Shown here piece by piece: positions 39,189 through 51,278 of a stretch of DNA of 64,000 nucleotides. A program made the position numbers and the translations under genes. Position 1 is the first letter of the stretch. Every line of letters starts with the position of its first letter. Under the pieces are notes generated by a model that did not search any database, was not told the DNA's origin, and worked only from the letters and a program-made list of their open reading frames with translations. This stretch comes from Sphaerodactylus townsendi (lineage: Eukaryota), in assembly GCF_021028975.2 (NCBI RefSeq), contig NC_059429.1:59024001-59088000 (forward strand), read 5' to 3'.

Positions 39189-41502
39189 CAGTGGTGGGAT
39201 CCAAAAATTTTAATAACAGGTTCCGATGATGGTGGGATTCAAACAGTGGCACCGCCACACACACGCACCTCCAGTCCCTATTGGCCAGGGAGGTTGCTTT
39301 AGTAACCCCTTCTCGGCACTCAGAAAAAATTAGTAACCACTTCTAGAAGAATATGAGAGGGAACACAAATGGTGGCAAAAGAGAAGCAAGTTAGCTGTAA
39401 GGGAGCAAAAAAGGATTATGAGGAACGCATGGCTGCGAACATCAAGACCAGCAACAAACAGTTCTTCAAGTATATCAAAAGTAGGAAGCCAGCTAGGGAA
39501 GCGGTAGGCCCGTTAGATGACAAAGGAGCAAAGGGTGTGCTAAACGATGACAGGGAGATTGCATGAATTCTTTGCATCTGTCTTCACCCAAGAGGAGGTG
39601 AGGAAAATTCCTGCACCTGAACCATGCTTCTTGGGAGGCGAATCCAAGGAACTAGCAAAGATAGTAGTAGACAAGGAAGAAATTCTGGCAGCCATTGATA
39701 AACTAAATGCTACCAAATCCCCTGGCCCAGATCGCATTCACCCAAGAGTTCTTAAAGAGCTCAAGCATGAAATTTCTGATCTTCTCACTTTAATATGCAA
39801 CTTATCCCTGAAATCAGGCTCTACCCCTGAAGACTGGAAGATGGCCAATGTCACACCAATCTTTAAGAAAGGATCTAGGGGGTTGACCCGGGAAATTACA
39901 GGCCAGTCAGGTTTGACATCTGTTCCTGGTAAGAATTAGTAGAATCTATCATTAAAGATAGGTCATAAAACATGTGGAAAAGCAAATACCTGCTGAGAAA
40001 GAGTCAGCATGGCTTTTGCAGAAGGCAAAATCCTGTCTTACAAAGTATTACTAAGAGTTCTTTGAGGGTGTAAACAGGCATGTGGATAAGGGGGAACCAG
40101 TGGACATTGTCTACTTGGATTTCCAAAAGGTTTTGACAAAGTTCCTCACAAAGAGACTGTTGAGAAAAAACTCTCAGCAATCAAGGAATAAGAGGGGAAG
40201 TCCTCCTATGGATTAAAAACTGTGGTTGAGAAACAGGAAGCAAAGAGTGGGTGTAAATGGGAAAGTTCTCACAATGGAGATGTAGGGAGTGGTGTCCCCA
40301 AGGATCCATTTCTTGGGGACCAGTGCTCTTTAACCTATTCATAAAATGTCCTGGAAGTAGGAGTGGGTAGCGTGGTGGCCAAGTTTGCAGATGATACCAA
40401 ATTATGTAGGGGTGGTGCGGGAGAACCACAAAGGATTATGAAAGAGCTCCAAGCGGACCTTGATAAATTCAGGGTGGAAGTGGGCTTAAGAAATGGCAAA
40501 TGCAGTTCAATGTAACAAAATGCAAAAGTGATGCACACATAGGGGCAAAAAAAATCCAAACTTCACATACACAAGCTACAAGGGTCCAGTGCTATCAGTC
40601 ACAGACCAGGAGGAAGAGAAGGGATTTAGGCGTTCTTTAGTTGATAGTTCCACATGGGAATGCCAACTCAATGCACATGGCAGCTGTGAAAAAGAGCAAA
40701 CTCCATGCTGGGGATCATTAGGAAAAGAGAATTGGAGAATAAAACTGCAAAGCATTGTCAATGCCCTCTTTATATATAAAGCAGTGGTCGCACGATCAAG
40801 CCACTTTGGAGTACTTGTGTCCAGTTCTGGTCACCGAGATCTCAAAAAAGGATATTGAGGAGATAGAAAAAAAAGTGCAGAGAAAAGGGCAACAAAGGAT
40901 GATTGAGGGACTGGAGCACCTTGCCCTATGAGGAGAGAGGCTGCAGCGTTTGGGACTCTTTAGTTTGGAGAGAGGAAGTGGCTGAGGGGGGATATGGATT
41001 GAAGTCTATAAAATTATGCATGGGGTAGAAAATGTTGACAGAGAGAGAGAAGTTTTTCTCTCTTTCTCACAATACTAGAAAACCAGGGGGCATTCATTGA
41101 AAATGCTGGGGAAGAATTAGGACTAATAAAAGGAAACACTTCTTCAATGCTAGAACGTGTGATTGGTGTTTGGAATATGCTGCCACAGGAGGTGGTGATG
41201 GCTACTAACCTGGATAGCTTTTAAAAGATTTATGGAGTGAGAAGTCGATTTATGGCTACCAATCTTGATCCTCTTTGATCTGAGATTGCAAATGCCCTTA
41301 ACAGACCAGGGTGCTTTCGGGAACAACAGCCACGCTATAAGAAGGCCATTGCTTTCACATCCTGCATGTGAGCTCCCAAAGGCACCTGGTGGGCCACTGC
41401 GAGTAGCAGGGAGCTGGACTAGATGGACTCTGGTCTGATCCAGCTGGCGGCTTGTTCTTATGTTCTAGAGAAGTGGTGAGAACTGGTTGGATCCCACCTC
41501 TG
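39189..41502. mobile_element. hAT MITE (CAGTGGTGGGATCC termini) split by a CR1 insertion
   Basis: TIRs CAGTGGTGGGATCCAA / TTGGATCCCACCTCTG. TSD GGACTAGA (39181-39188) vs GGACTAGG (41503-41510). Confidence 0.9.
39348..41462 (+). mobile_element. CR1 LINE, 5'-truncated, frameshifted ORF2 (RT) plus 3' UTR
   Basis: KSPGPDRIHPRVLKEL, PEDWKMANVTPIFKKG and KFADDTKL (40381), plus the CR1 tail ttcttatgttct. Flanked by TTCTAGA at 39341-39347 and 41463-41469. Confidence 0.95.
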
Positions 41503-41529
41503 GGACTAGGTGATATGATATGATGTGGG

Positions 41530-42067
41530 TGTCATGCCTCCAGAGAAGCTCTTATCATTTTTTTTATTAAGTCTCAGTTGTCCCTGTAGTTACTTATGTA
41601 TAGTGTTCTAAAGGAGGGAACTTTAGTTAGACCCTGTCCCTTTAGTTCCCTAGAGGCAGTCTTCCTTTCATTACCCAGTAGTGCCCCTGTTTCGTTAATT
41701 TAGTCTAAGGTGCCACCGGAGTTGGAAGGCTGAAATATCTTTTATGTCTAAAGCGTATAAGGAGTATAAAAGTTAAGGTGTTACAGAAAGTAGAGTCCAG
41801 ATAGAGGACGGTGAAGGAACCAAGAAAAAGCACAGACAAAGTGGACTTTCTTGGAAGAAGTCAAGAAAGAATCAAAGTCTCAAGCTTCAAGTTGTTCCAG
41901 TCAAACAAGTACTTTATTTTAGTCAGACCCTGGGAGGAGTTAGGGTCTCAATTCTTCCATGCAATAAAACCTCTCTTTTTTTAACTGTTACACCTTGCTT
42001 GTGAGTCTCCCACTCTGTTCTGGCCAAGCACAAGGCACCTGATATATTTTACTTGGGGAACAGAACA
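41530..42067 (+). mobile_element. Solo LTR
   Basis: TGTCATGCC...CAGAACA with exact 5-bp TSD GTGGG (41525-41529, 42068-42072), TATAAAA at about 41765 and AATAAA at about 41963. Same family as 48547-49081. Confidence 0.88.
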
Positions 42068-44106
42068 GTGGGAAAAGAGAACTGTGCAGTAAGGTTTCAG
42101 ACCTTTTGAGTTCAGGTTTCAGAATACAAAAATTGTTGGAAGAAAAAACAAGAGAAAATCATTCAAATCAACCCATCATCTCTGCAGCTGGGATTGCACC
42201 CCAATAGGCTACTTGAAATCTGTTTTTAATTGTAATGTCTGCACATGCACAGATACTACTTTTAATGCCTGCCTTATTATTTTAATCCCCCCATTATAGC
42301 ATTACAGATTTGTCTGTAAACCTGGCGGTTCCCTTGAGTTTGAAGAATCATAAACTGTAGCAGGGGCAGGTCCCATTTACATATTTTTGAAAAATTCACA
42401 TGGTGACTAGCTCTTGGCTATTACACAGAAGGATGTTCATTATTAATAAAAATGTGTCACTTGTTTGATATGCAATTACTTTCTTCCTTTCATTTAGGTA
42501 AACTACAGAGGAAATACTGGAATGAAAACACACTACTTATAAAACAACTCAGCTGATTTAAAGATTGAAGGTTTCCAAACATTCTAATAAATTCAGTGAG
42601 ATTACTCCAGAACAATGTGTCCACAGTTCAGTAGTAGATGCTAACAAATGTAACATTCAGAGGGTCAAAACAAGAGCACAACTTTAAGCACAAAACAACA
42701 CAAATGCTTTGGAATGAAAATGCATTTTATTTTGGTAGGCCAACACCTGGCTTATATCAATGCATAATTGTCATAGTGCGTTAAAAAAGGATATCAGGGC
42801 AGTCCCTGATATTGTTCAACAGCATGTTTATGCAATCAGCTCTTATTTTATAAAGGTCTTTCTTGTGAGGAAAAGTTGTTCATAAAATGAGTCAATAGCA
42901 TAGCATTTGCCCTTTCTTGAAGAACCTTAGCAAAAAGGCTAATCTTTCTGTCTTCAGCTATATAAATGTAGCTATATCTAATCTAAAACTGTTCTATTTT
43001 ACCACCCACAGAGCTCTCTGAGCTGGCAAAAGCTTTACCCAGTTTTGAAGATGATAAAAATGTGGAATAAATATCTTAAAATGTTGTCATTATTTCCATT
43101 TTAAACAATTATTTATTAGCTGAATTTGGGACCCAAAACAGCTTACAACAAGTAAGTTACCAACTCCAGGCTAGGAAATTCCTGGAGATTTGGGAGCACA
43201 GTTTGTGAAATGGAGAGAGTTCAGCAGAGATGTGATCCACAGAATCTACACTTCAAGCCTCCCATTGTCTCCAGGAGAACTGATTTGAGATCAGTTGTAA
43301 TTCAGGAGCACTCCAGGCCCTGGCAACTCCCCCCCTCCCCGGCTGCCCACTCTACACGATCCTCACAACAACTATAGTGCAAGGTAGGTTAAGACAACAG
43401 AAAGTGACAGGACCAGTGCCACTCAGTGAATGTGCACAACATTCAAAGCTGGGTGTCACAGATTCTAGACTCTAGCACCGCAACACAATAAAAATGGTTT
43501 TTAACATTAAAGAAAACATTGGGAGATCTGATCACAGGTCTCCCATTTAATATGAGATACAACCCTCAGTTATAAAATTTAAGCTTTGTTTTCTAATACA
43601 CAATTTTTTTGAACATAACACATTCATTTTCACAAGAAATGACTGCTCATGAACATGTTAGGGTTGCCACATCTCCCACCAACACCTGCTCTTTCCACCA
43701 CTCATCAGAACAGAGATAAGAAAAAATAAACAAAACAATCACTGGTGGGCTGACAAGAAGTGACATCATGACCATCCAGGAATCTCTAGGAATCCATACT
43801 CTGGGAATCCAACATGTCATAAATAATATTTTAGAAGTTGAGCAACAGTCCTTAAAGTCAAGTCACATTTATTAATAGAAAGGCATTAAAATGCATCACA
43901 AAAATACTCTCAAACTTACTTTATTGAGTCACATCAGTCAAGATAAGGCAGTTTTCTTATGATAAAAACCAGTGCTGCACTTACCTGTAACTGTTGTTCA
44001 TCAAGTATGTTCTCTGGGTACTATGCAGGTGCAGGCCACATGGAGTTACCAAGCTTCTAGATGGTTTTTAGTTTCTGAGGAGTGCTTCCCCAGCCTCCAT
44101 CTCAAG

Positions 44107-44504
44107 CAGAGGTGTATGGGGGCCAAAAGGTGCCCGGAGGCAAAACCCCTCTGGGCACCCCCCTGCACAGAGCCCACTTTCTCGTGAGTAAGCCCTGGTC
44201 GCTTACTCGAGAGTTGGGCTCCAGTCCCTCTTCCCTGCCCAGCAGCCATGGAGGAGCCAAGGGCAGCCCCTCTTCCCTGCCCAGAAGTCGGGCCATGAGT
44301 TTCCCCATGAGCCCTGGCTGCTTGGCCAGGAAGAGGAGCCATAGGCATCCCCTCTTCCCTACCCAGCAGCCGGCGTGCAAGTTTCTCTTGCTGGGCCGGA
44401 AGGCATCTGGCCACATGGGGGGCTGATTTTGCGCCCCCGCATAACCAGATCAGTTGTGCCCGGGGACATGGGTTACCCCTTATCCATGGGAAAATACGCC
44501 ACTG
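44107..44504. mobile_element. hAT (Tip100-like) MITE inside the DIRS terminal repeat
   Basis: CAGAGGTGTA / TACGCCACTG termini. Exact TSD ATCTCAAG at 44099-44106 and 44505-44512. Confidence 0.9.
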
Positions 44505-44961
44505 ATCTCAAGCCAAGGCTCTCCCACCCAAACAGTCACATAACAGTGGCAGGGAATGTTCCTCTCACTCAATTCTCCCTTTGCCACCATGGAGCTTACA
44601 TTCCAGGTCAAATGTGCCCACATCAGGGAAAGGAGGAAAGGATGTGTGCCTGCACAGAAGACACTTGATGAACAGTAGTTACAGATAAGTACAACACCAT
44701 TTTCATCATCATGCCTCCAGTACAGTCCCTCATGGGAGATCACCAAGCTCACATACTCTAGAAGTTTGTGTGGGCCAGTCCTGAAGATCAACATTGCCCA
44801 AGAATGCCACTGGTGAGGCCTGAACCCTGTTAAAATGTGCTTTAATCTGGTGGGCAAGACCCTCCCCCAGATTTATAAGACAGTTTGACAACAGAGACCC
44901 ATCTGGAAGTGAGAAGTTGCTGATTTGTCCTTGTTTGGACCTTTAAAATGAAGGAACAAGT

Positions 44962-45610
44962 TATTGCTGTCCGAGGGTGGATCTCTTTTGTGCGAGTCCC
45001 CTTTTAACAATAATACACAGTACTCAATTGCTGGGTAATAAATTGGCCATAGCCATTTTATTGAGCAGAAGCGTGAGGCTAAGCATGGGTCTGGGTCTGG
45101 TCAAACGGGTGACGTGCGACAGCTCAGCAGGGCCCATGCCACAGCGCCGAAGCTTCGCTTCCATTTATGGGCTCATTCCGTTCGGTACGCTTCCTGGTTA
45201 GAGATGTTCCTCGGCCCGGTTCGACAGGGGTAGTCGCCTCTTGCCGCTGTTGCCGCTCCTAAGGCGAAGGCGGGGACTCCCTAGCTCCCTTCCCCTTCCT
45301 TCCAGAGCTTACACCGTATTTGGCGCTTCAAACCGCCAATCATCATCATATTATGGACAAAATAAGCATGTATTAACATAAAAATTTAGGGAGAGGTGGG
45401 TGGGCAAATCGTAAGCCGACGAGCACATGGCCCGGGACAAAGGAGGGGAAGCCGCTTTATAGTCCCGCTCGCCCCTCCTTTCTCCTGGTGACGCTCACCC
45501 TTCTCTAGCATGGGTCCTTCTCCCTTCCGCCCCTCCTTTAATGGGGGGGGGGTCGTCACTGGCCTCGCTCTTCCCCATCCCCGGCAGCAACTGCGCCTCG
45601 TGGTGATTCA
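44962..45610 (-). mobile_element. CpG-rich insertion in the DIRS YR region, probable solo LTR
   Basis: Interrupts the YR remnant and is flanked by CAAGT (44957-44961, 45611-45615). Minus-strand TATAAA at about 45456-45461 and AATAAA at about 45057-45062. The terminal dinucleotide is imperfect at one end. Confidence 0.55.
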
Positions 45611-47140
45611 CAAGTGTCTTTTGTTTTGTCTGAGGAAGGATGTGCAATGGAAATAAAAAAATCAGTGAACCCAGAACATCAATTGTGTGTAATGCTTGCT
45701 CTACTGATGACTGAGGGGTTGGGAAAAACACTGGCCAAATAACGCCCTTGGAGATATGGAAAGCAGATATCATTTTCAGACAAAATAGCATACTGGTGCA
45801 TATAACTACTTTATTTGTGGGTAGAATCTAGTGAAGGGATTGTCATACTTCAAAGGAGGTTACTACAACACAAAAGGTTTTAAATGATACAAAAGACAAG
45901 TTACAAGTGGCTAAGGGCTTGAATGGTTCATGTACAAATTGGGTTAATACCAAAGATAAAGTCCAAGAAGGTTTTGCCCTGGGATATAAATTGTTGGGCC
46001 CCTTCATAAACCTTTTAGAATAAGGGGCAGAGAAAATTGTATGTGGACCAACAGGTAAGAGAATAGTGGAAATCACCAGTAAGTGAACTTTAAATGAATG
46101 GTTGCCAGATTCAACTCCTTTAAATAAATTGAATGATCAAATATGTGTTGTAAAGAGCAGGTCTGTGCCAACAGCTTATTCACAACAGTCCAACTAATAA
46201 AGTGGGATCATTTAGCTAAGTAGAATTTTTGTGTTGAGGTTTTACAAACTGCCTTTAAAACTTGGGAAATCTTATCAGGCCAGGAAGTTTTAGAAAGATC
46301 AACAAAGCAGTCAGATGCAACAATTGTAGGTCATGGTAAATTAATTATGCACCCTAAGCTGATCAGGTCATGCTGCTGCGACAGATGAATGAACTGTTCC
46401 TCACTAGCTACCACAGAATGGGGAACTAAAACCTCCTTGGCCAATACGGGACTATGAGAATGCATGCGGCGTTGTCCATTTTGAGTTTCCCTAGCACTAT
46501 GTAGTAGGGGGAAGAGAGGAAAAGAATAGAACAGGAACCCTGACCATCAAATTTGAAAGCATCCCCCATTGCATCCCTGTCCATCGCAGCTCTGGAAAAA
46601 AACTGGTTGCACTTTGCATTGTCTTTTGTAGCAAAAAGGTCTATTGGGGGATAACCCCAGTTCTTGAAGATGGGATGAAAGTAACGGGGATTGAGAGACC
46701 ACTTGAGACATGAAGTGATGTCTCTGCTCAATGTGTCTGCAGTCATGTTGTTCACTCCAGCTATGTGTATGACAAGTAAGAAGATGTTGCAATGAATAGC
46801 CCATTGTCATAGTTCTCTGCCTACAGAATGAGAGCCTCTGCCCCTTGCTTGGTGACCTAGTACTTTGCCAATATGTTGTCCCTAGCAATCAACAATTATT
46901 TCCCTGCAATGATGGTTGAAAGAGAAGTGAGACTGTGCCTAATGCCTCGTAGCTCAAGTACATCTATATGCAGCACAGATTCAGACTGAGACCATTTCCC
47001 TATACCATAGACTTTCCACATCGCACATCCCAGTTACCCAGTGACACATCCAGGAAAATCACCAGATCACAAGGTCGTTTACCCATATCACTACCCTGGG
47101 AAAGACTGCCATCACTTTTCCGCCATGTTAGGGATCTGTT

Positions 47141-47614
47141 CAGAGGCGTAGCTGGGCCAAACTAAGCTTGGTGAAAAGAGGATATGTTTTTTTCCTCGAC
47201 TTCTGCAGAGACTTAATATCATTACTTTTTCTTTCATTTCATTTCTGTTATTTTGTATGGAGGTTGAAAATCTGGCTTCATTTGAACAGTTCAAGGAGAA
47301 AGCTGCCTGAAGAACTATACTTCCCAGGAGACCTTGTGAGCCCCAAGGTCTCCTGTGAACTGTAGTTCCTCAGGCAGTTTCCCCCCTGAACTGTAACTAG
47401 GCTGCTTTTTCAGCCTCAAAAAATACTACAAAAAGAAAAGGAACGTAGGTAAGTGTGGGAAGGGGGTTGGTGTGTGTGTGTGTGCTGCAGGGGTGTGTGT
47501 GCCGCGGGGCGGTCGTGGGGGAAAGGGGAGGGGCCAGGGGGTGATTTTGCACCCCCAGGCGTGCGCCTGGTGCACGACGCCCCCCCCCCCCGCCCGCTTG
47601 GCCCTCTGCCACTG
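47141..47614. mobile_element. hAT (Tip100-like) MITE inside DIRS pol
   Basis: CAGAGGCGTAG / CTGCCACTG termini. Exact TSD GATCTGTT at 47133-47140 and 47615-47622. Confidence 0.9.
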
Positions 47615-48546
47615 GATCTGTTTATTCTTGGAACAAACAGTCATTGTCAATCTAAGTTCAACTTGAATTTTCTAATAAACCAATTGGATAAAACCCACAT
47701 AAAAAGTCTGGCGTAAGGAACCAGTCATGGTAGATACCATAAGGCCTAAAAAATTTTTGGACGTAGGCTGCTTTTTAGTATCTCTGTCCAGAGAGTTAAG
47801 AAATTAAATTTTTAATGTCTCATGCTCTAAAGACTGGTAGCAGTATCTTATTTTTGGTAGAATCCAGATCCACCCCAATGAATTCAATGGACTGTATGGA
47901 GGGGAGTTGGGACTTTTCAAAGATGATTAGAAACTGCAGTCTGCTCAAAGTGTCTATGGCTAAGTCCAGATTGGACTGCAACAATTGGAACAAGGAATCC
48001 ATGAAGAGCCAGTCATCGAATTAAGGATAGACCGAACAGCCTTTCAACTTCAGATACGCCACCACAGCTGAAACACATTTGGTAAAAACCTGTGGAGCTG
48101 TTGCCAAACTAAATGGTAAAAAAAATATTCTCACAGTAGTTTCCTTCACATTCAAACTTTGGCTGATTATGCAAGAGGCCTGCACAATGTATTGGCAACT
48201 GAACCCCAGCGCGGCAGACTTCCTAGTATCAACATACAAGGAAGTTGTTGTGCACCTAGTGCTCTTGCTCTCACTTTTCCCTGTGGAAAGCAAGGGCACT
48301 CCAGGTGTGTGCCTGATGCTGTGGCAGGGCAGAGAGGAGGTAAGCTCTCCCACCCATAATTGGCCCTTAAAAACTTTCTGTGCGACTCGTGGATGGAAAT
48401 ATGGAAATATGAGTCCTTTAAATCTAAAACTGCATATGATAAGGGGAAGATGTCATGAGAGACATCATTCTGGACCTAAGTACCTTGAGGTGTTTATTTA
48501 ATTGCCTTAAATCCAAAATAGGTTTCTTTCCACCTTCTTTTTTAGT

Positions 48547-49081
48547 TGTCATGCCCCCACAGAGCCTTTAGTTATTTCCCTTTTAAGATTCAGTTTCCCT
48601 ATAGTCAGTATGGGTTTTGCCTTATTGTTAAGCCTTTCCTGGGAGGGTGTTAAGAAGCCCTCTGTGTTAATTGTTCAGTTAATCTATGAGGTGCTAAGGG
48701 TGAGGATCTCCGCACTGTTCGAAATGTCCATGTAAACCATATAGGTCCAGAGAAGCCATAGGTTTATAAGGTGGTTTAAAAAAGAGAACATGCCAAGTTC
48801 GTCTACAGCAAGAGCAAGATTCCAGAGCTACAGCGAAGCAAGAGACTGTCAACCCTCCAACAGCAGCTGGAGAAGAGACAAGTTTACAGCTTCCTACAGC
48901 CTGAGGATAAGCAAGTACTCTGTTTAGTTAACCCTGGGAGGAGTTAGGGTCTTGTTTCTTCCTTTGAATAAAGCCATTTTAAGAACTGTAGAAACTGGCT
49001 TGCATTCCCCCTTTCTGTCCCAACCAAGAACAGGGCACCTCAATCAAAGACGCTGGGGGCGGGGGGGGGGGGCGCAGAACA
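48547..49081 (+). mobile_element. Solo LTR inserted in the DIRS RT
   Basis: TGTCATGCC...CAGAACA with exact 5-bp TSD TTAGT (48542-48546, 49082-49086). Shares accctgggaggagttagggtct with 41530-42067. Confidence 0.9.
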
Positions 49082-50614
49082 TTAGTCATTAAGGATACCT
49101 GGAGTAAAAACCCTTAAATAAGCGCACACAGTTTCCTCCCAGCACCCTTATCTACCAATTTTGCAACCTCTGCCGCCAAAAGAGGCGCATCTGTTGTATG
49201 TGGAAAAGGTGGAAGTACCTGGTTTTGAAATGTAACTGATAACCAAACTTTATTAATAGAAATGGACTGCTGAGTTATTTCCCCATGTTATTCATATTAC
49301 TTCATATTACCTTTGGGTAGGAATTTTTTTAACTCTGTCCTCAATCATGTTAAGTACATTAAAATTTGCCTAGCAAACCAATACCAAGTTTTAACAGTAG
49401 TTCTAATCAACAATTTAATTCCATAAAGTGAATTTAATTGAATATTTATTCATAGTGTTCATCAGTCTCTCCATCCTCATTTTGTTCTGTGAATATGTCA
49501 AATTTACTTTGGTTTACAAGTAGAATTATTTAAAAATATCTATTAATATTTTATTTTCTACATCATCTAACTGAAAAGATATTCACTTTCAATATTTTAC
49601 AACTTATCATGTTTTTGCTAGTTACAATGTTTATATCTTAACAGAATAGACCAGTTAGATTTGCTAGCTGCCAACAAGAATGATAAAATAGTTTATGTTA
49701 CTTTCTAATATATTTGCTATTGGTAATGATGTTTTAAATATATATCACTAGAAGTAAAGTCAATGGAGCTTATGAAATGCCAAATTTTAATTTAGTCATA
49801 AGGACTAGCCAGTACTGCCATTTAATTAAGAAACATATTTACATCTTCACCAGGAAATCAGTTTACAATACAGAAAACATGAGTGCACAAAAATGTTCAT
49901 TCATTCTAAAACTCTGTGGACATGAAAAAGTGCACTATGCATCAATTTCAGGAAGTTTGATTTTCAAAAAAAAAAATTTAATGAGAACATGTGTCTTTAA
50001 GGCCCCATAAATTCTTTTTAACCTATTAAATATGTCTTCAATACTAATAAGCATTATAGTGTAGACATTATGGCAATGGCTTGGTTTGATAAAGAGTCTT
50101 TGACTATCATCCAGCAAAACATCCCAGGGTGCTGTCTTGTACACAGCATGGAAGTCTGACCTTATCTACATGCTTAAATATCTTTCTAACATTTACTAGC
50201 AGGGTGGAATTTGATGAGGTCAGCACAAGTTAGTAACGTTGCTTCTTTCATCTGGTTCCTACAAAGCCTCAGTTTCCCTGGTACAAACCTAGGATCATCA
50301 CTGAATCAAAAGCACATTATCAGCATATTGATCTTGATCTTCCACAGGAGAACAGGATTTAATGACAAAGCTTTTGCAGACGTTTTCATTGGCAATTGGT
50401 ACATTGAGTGAATCATAATCATACAATTCACCTACATTTTTAAAAAGAAAAGTGAATATAAAGAGATGTTGTGGATGGAGCAGAGCTGCTCTGGAGTTTT
50501 CTTCTTTTCATATTCATTGTTTCAGTGATAAAAATTAACAGTTTAAATGGTTGCTTTTAAAAATTAATTTTACAGAAGCTTTTTGAGGGCAACAAGGAGA
50601 ACAAAAGTTTTTTA

Positions 50615-50925
50615 AATTTTTATTTCATTTATATCCTCCCCTCTTCTCCCAAATGAGGACTCAAAATGATTTGCATTGTTCTCTCCAGCGGTGGGATTCA
50701 GCAGGCTCGCACCACTTCGGCAGAACTGGTTGTTAAAATGGTGCTTGTAAACAACCAGTTGTTAAATTATTTGAATCCCACCACTGGTTCTCTCCTTTTT
50801 ATTGTCACAGAAACCATGTGCGGTAGGTTAGGCTAAGAATGTGTAATTGGCCTAAGATCATCCATTAAGCTTCCATGGCAACTAGGGATTCGAACCTGAC
50901 TTTCTTGGTATACTTTGTACACCAA
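50615..50925 (-). mobile_element. MIR/Squam3-like SINE interrupted by a MITE
   Basis: Reverse SINE features (tttatatcc tail, ggtaggttaggctaaga core, gggattcgaacc B-box). Confidence 0.65.
50686..50786. mobile_element. 101-bp hAT MITE
   Basis: CAGCGGTGGGATTCA / TGAATCCCACCACTG. Exact TSD GTTCTCTC at 50678-50685 and 50787-50794. Confidence 0.92.
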
Positions 50926-51278
50926 ATCCATAAAAGGATTTTCCTTTTCTCTGATCTGTTAACCTTGATATCTCAAATCATTAATATTAATGCAGAAGAG
51001 AAAATGCTTTTTGAACTCAAAATTATTTCTCTTTCAGTGGTAAAAGCAGGCAATTTGATTAGTTGGCATCTGTAATTTGAAGTTCCCACTTTGTAAAGAT
51101 TTAATTTCCGCATGATAAACTCATATTCTTCTCTGAATACACAAATGTACATAGCAAATCAAAGCACAGGTTGACTGTAACTAGAACCTACCACTCAAAC
51201 GGCAGTCAACAAACAACCAGAGAATGTAGTGTACAAATTGATCATCTCAGCTGTATATGTTTGAATTTTCATCATAGC

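Larger units (their letters stand above)
43975..49290 (-). mobile_element. Decayed DIRS1-like retrotransposon (RT, RNase H, MT-like and tyrosine recombinase remnants plus 3' terminal repeats)
   Basis: Minus-strand remnants in order: GFYSRY/TKKEGGKKPILDLRQLN, LDLKDSYFHI, LPFSLATAPQVFTK...FDDW (RT); NMTADTLSR (RNase H); WGYPPIDLFATKDNAKC...ILIVPYWPRR (MT-like); SKRFMKG...WTLSLVL..EPFKPLATC, FFPTP...LHTIDV, IKAHFNR (YR). Inverted terminal motifs at 43978-44008 and about 44662-44695. Confidence 0.92.

Noticed and set aside
41530-49081. Single full-length LTR retrotransposon with internal RT
   Set aside because: Each LTR has its own TSD, and the RT between them is DIRS-type, on the opposite strand, and is itself interrupted by the second LTR.
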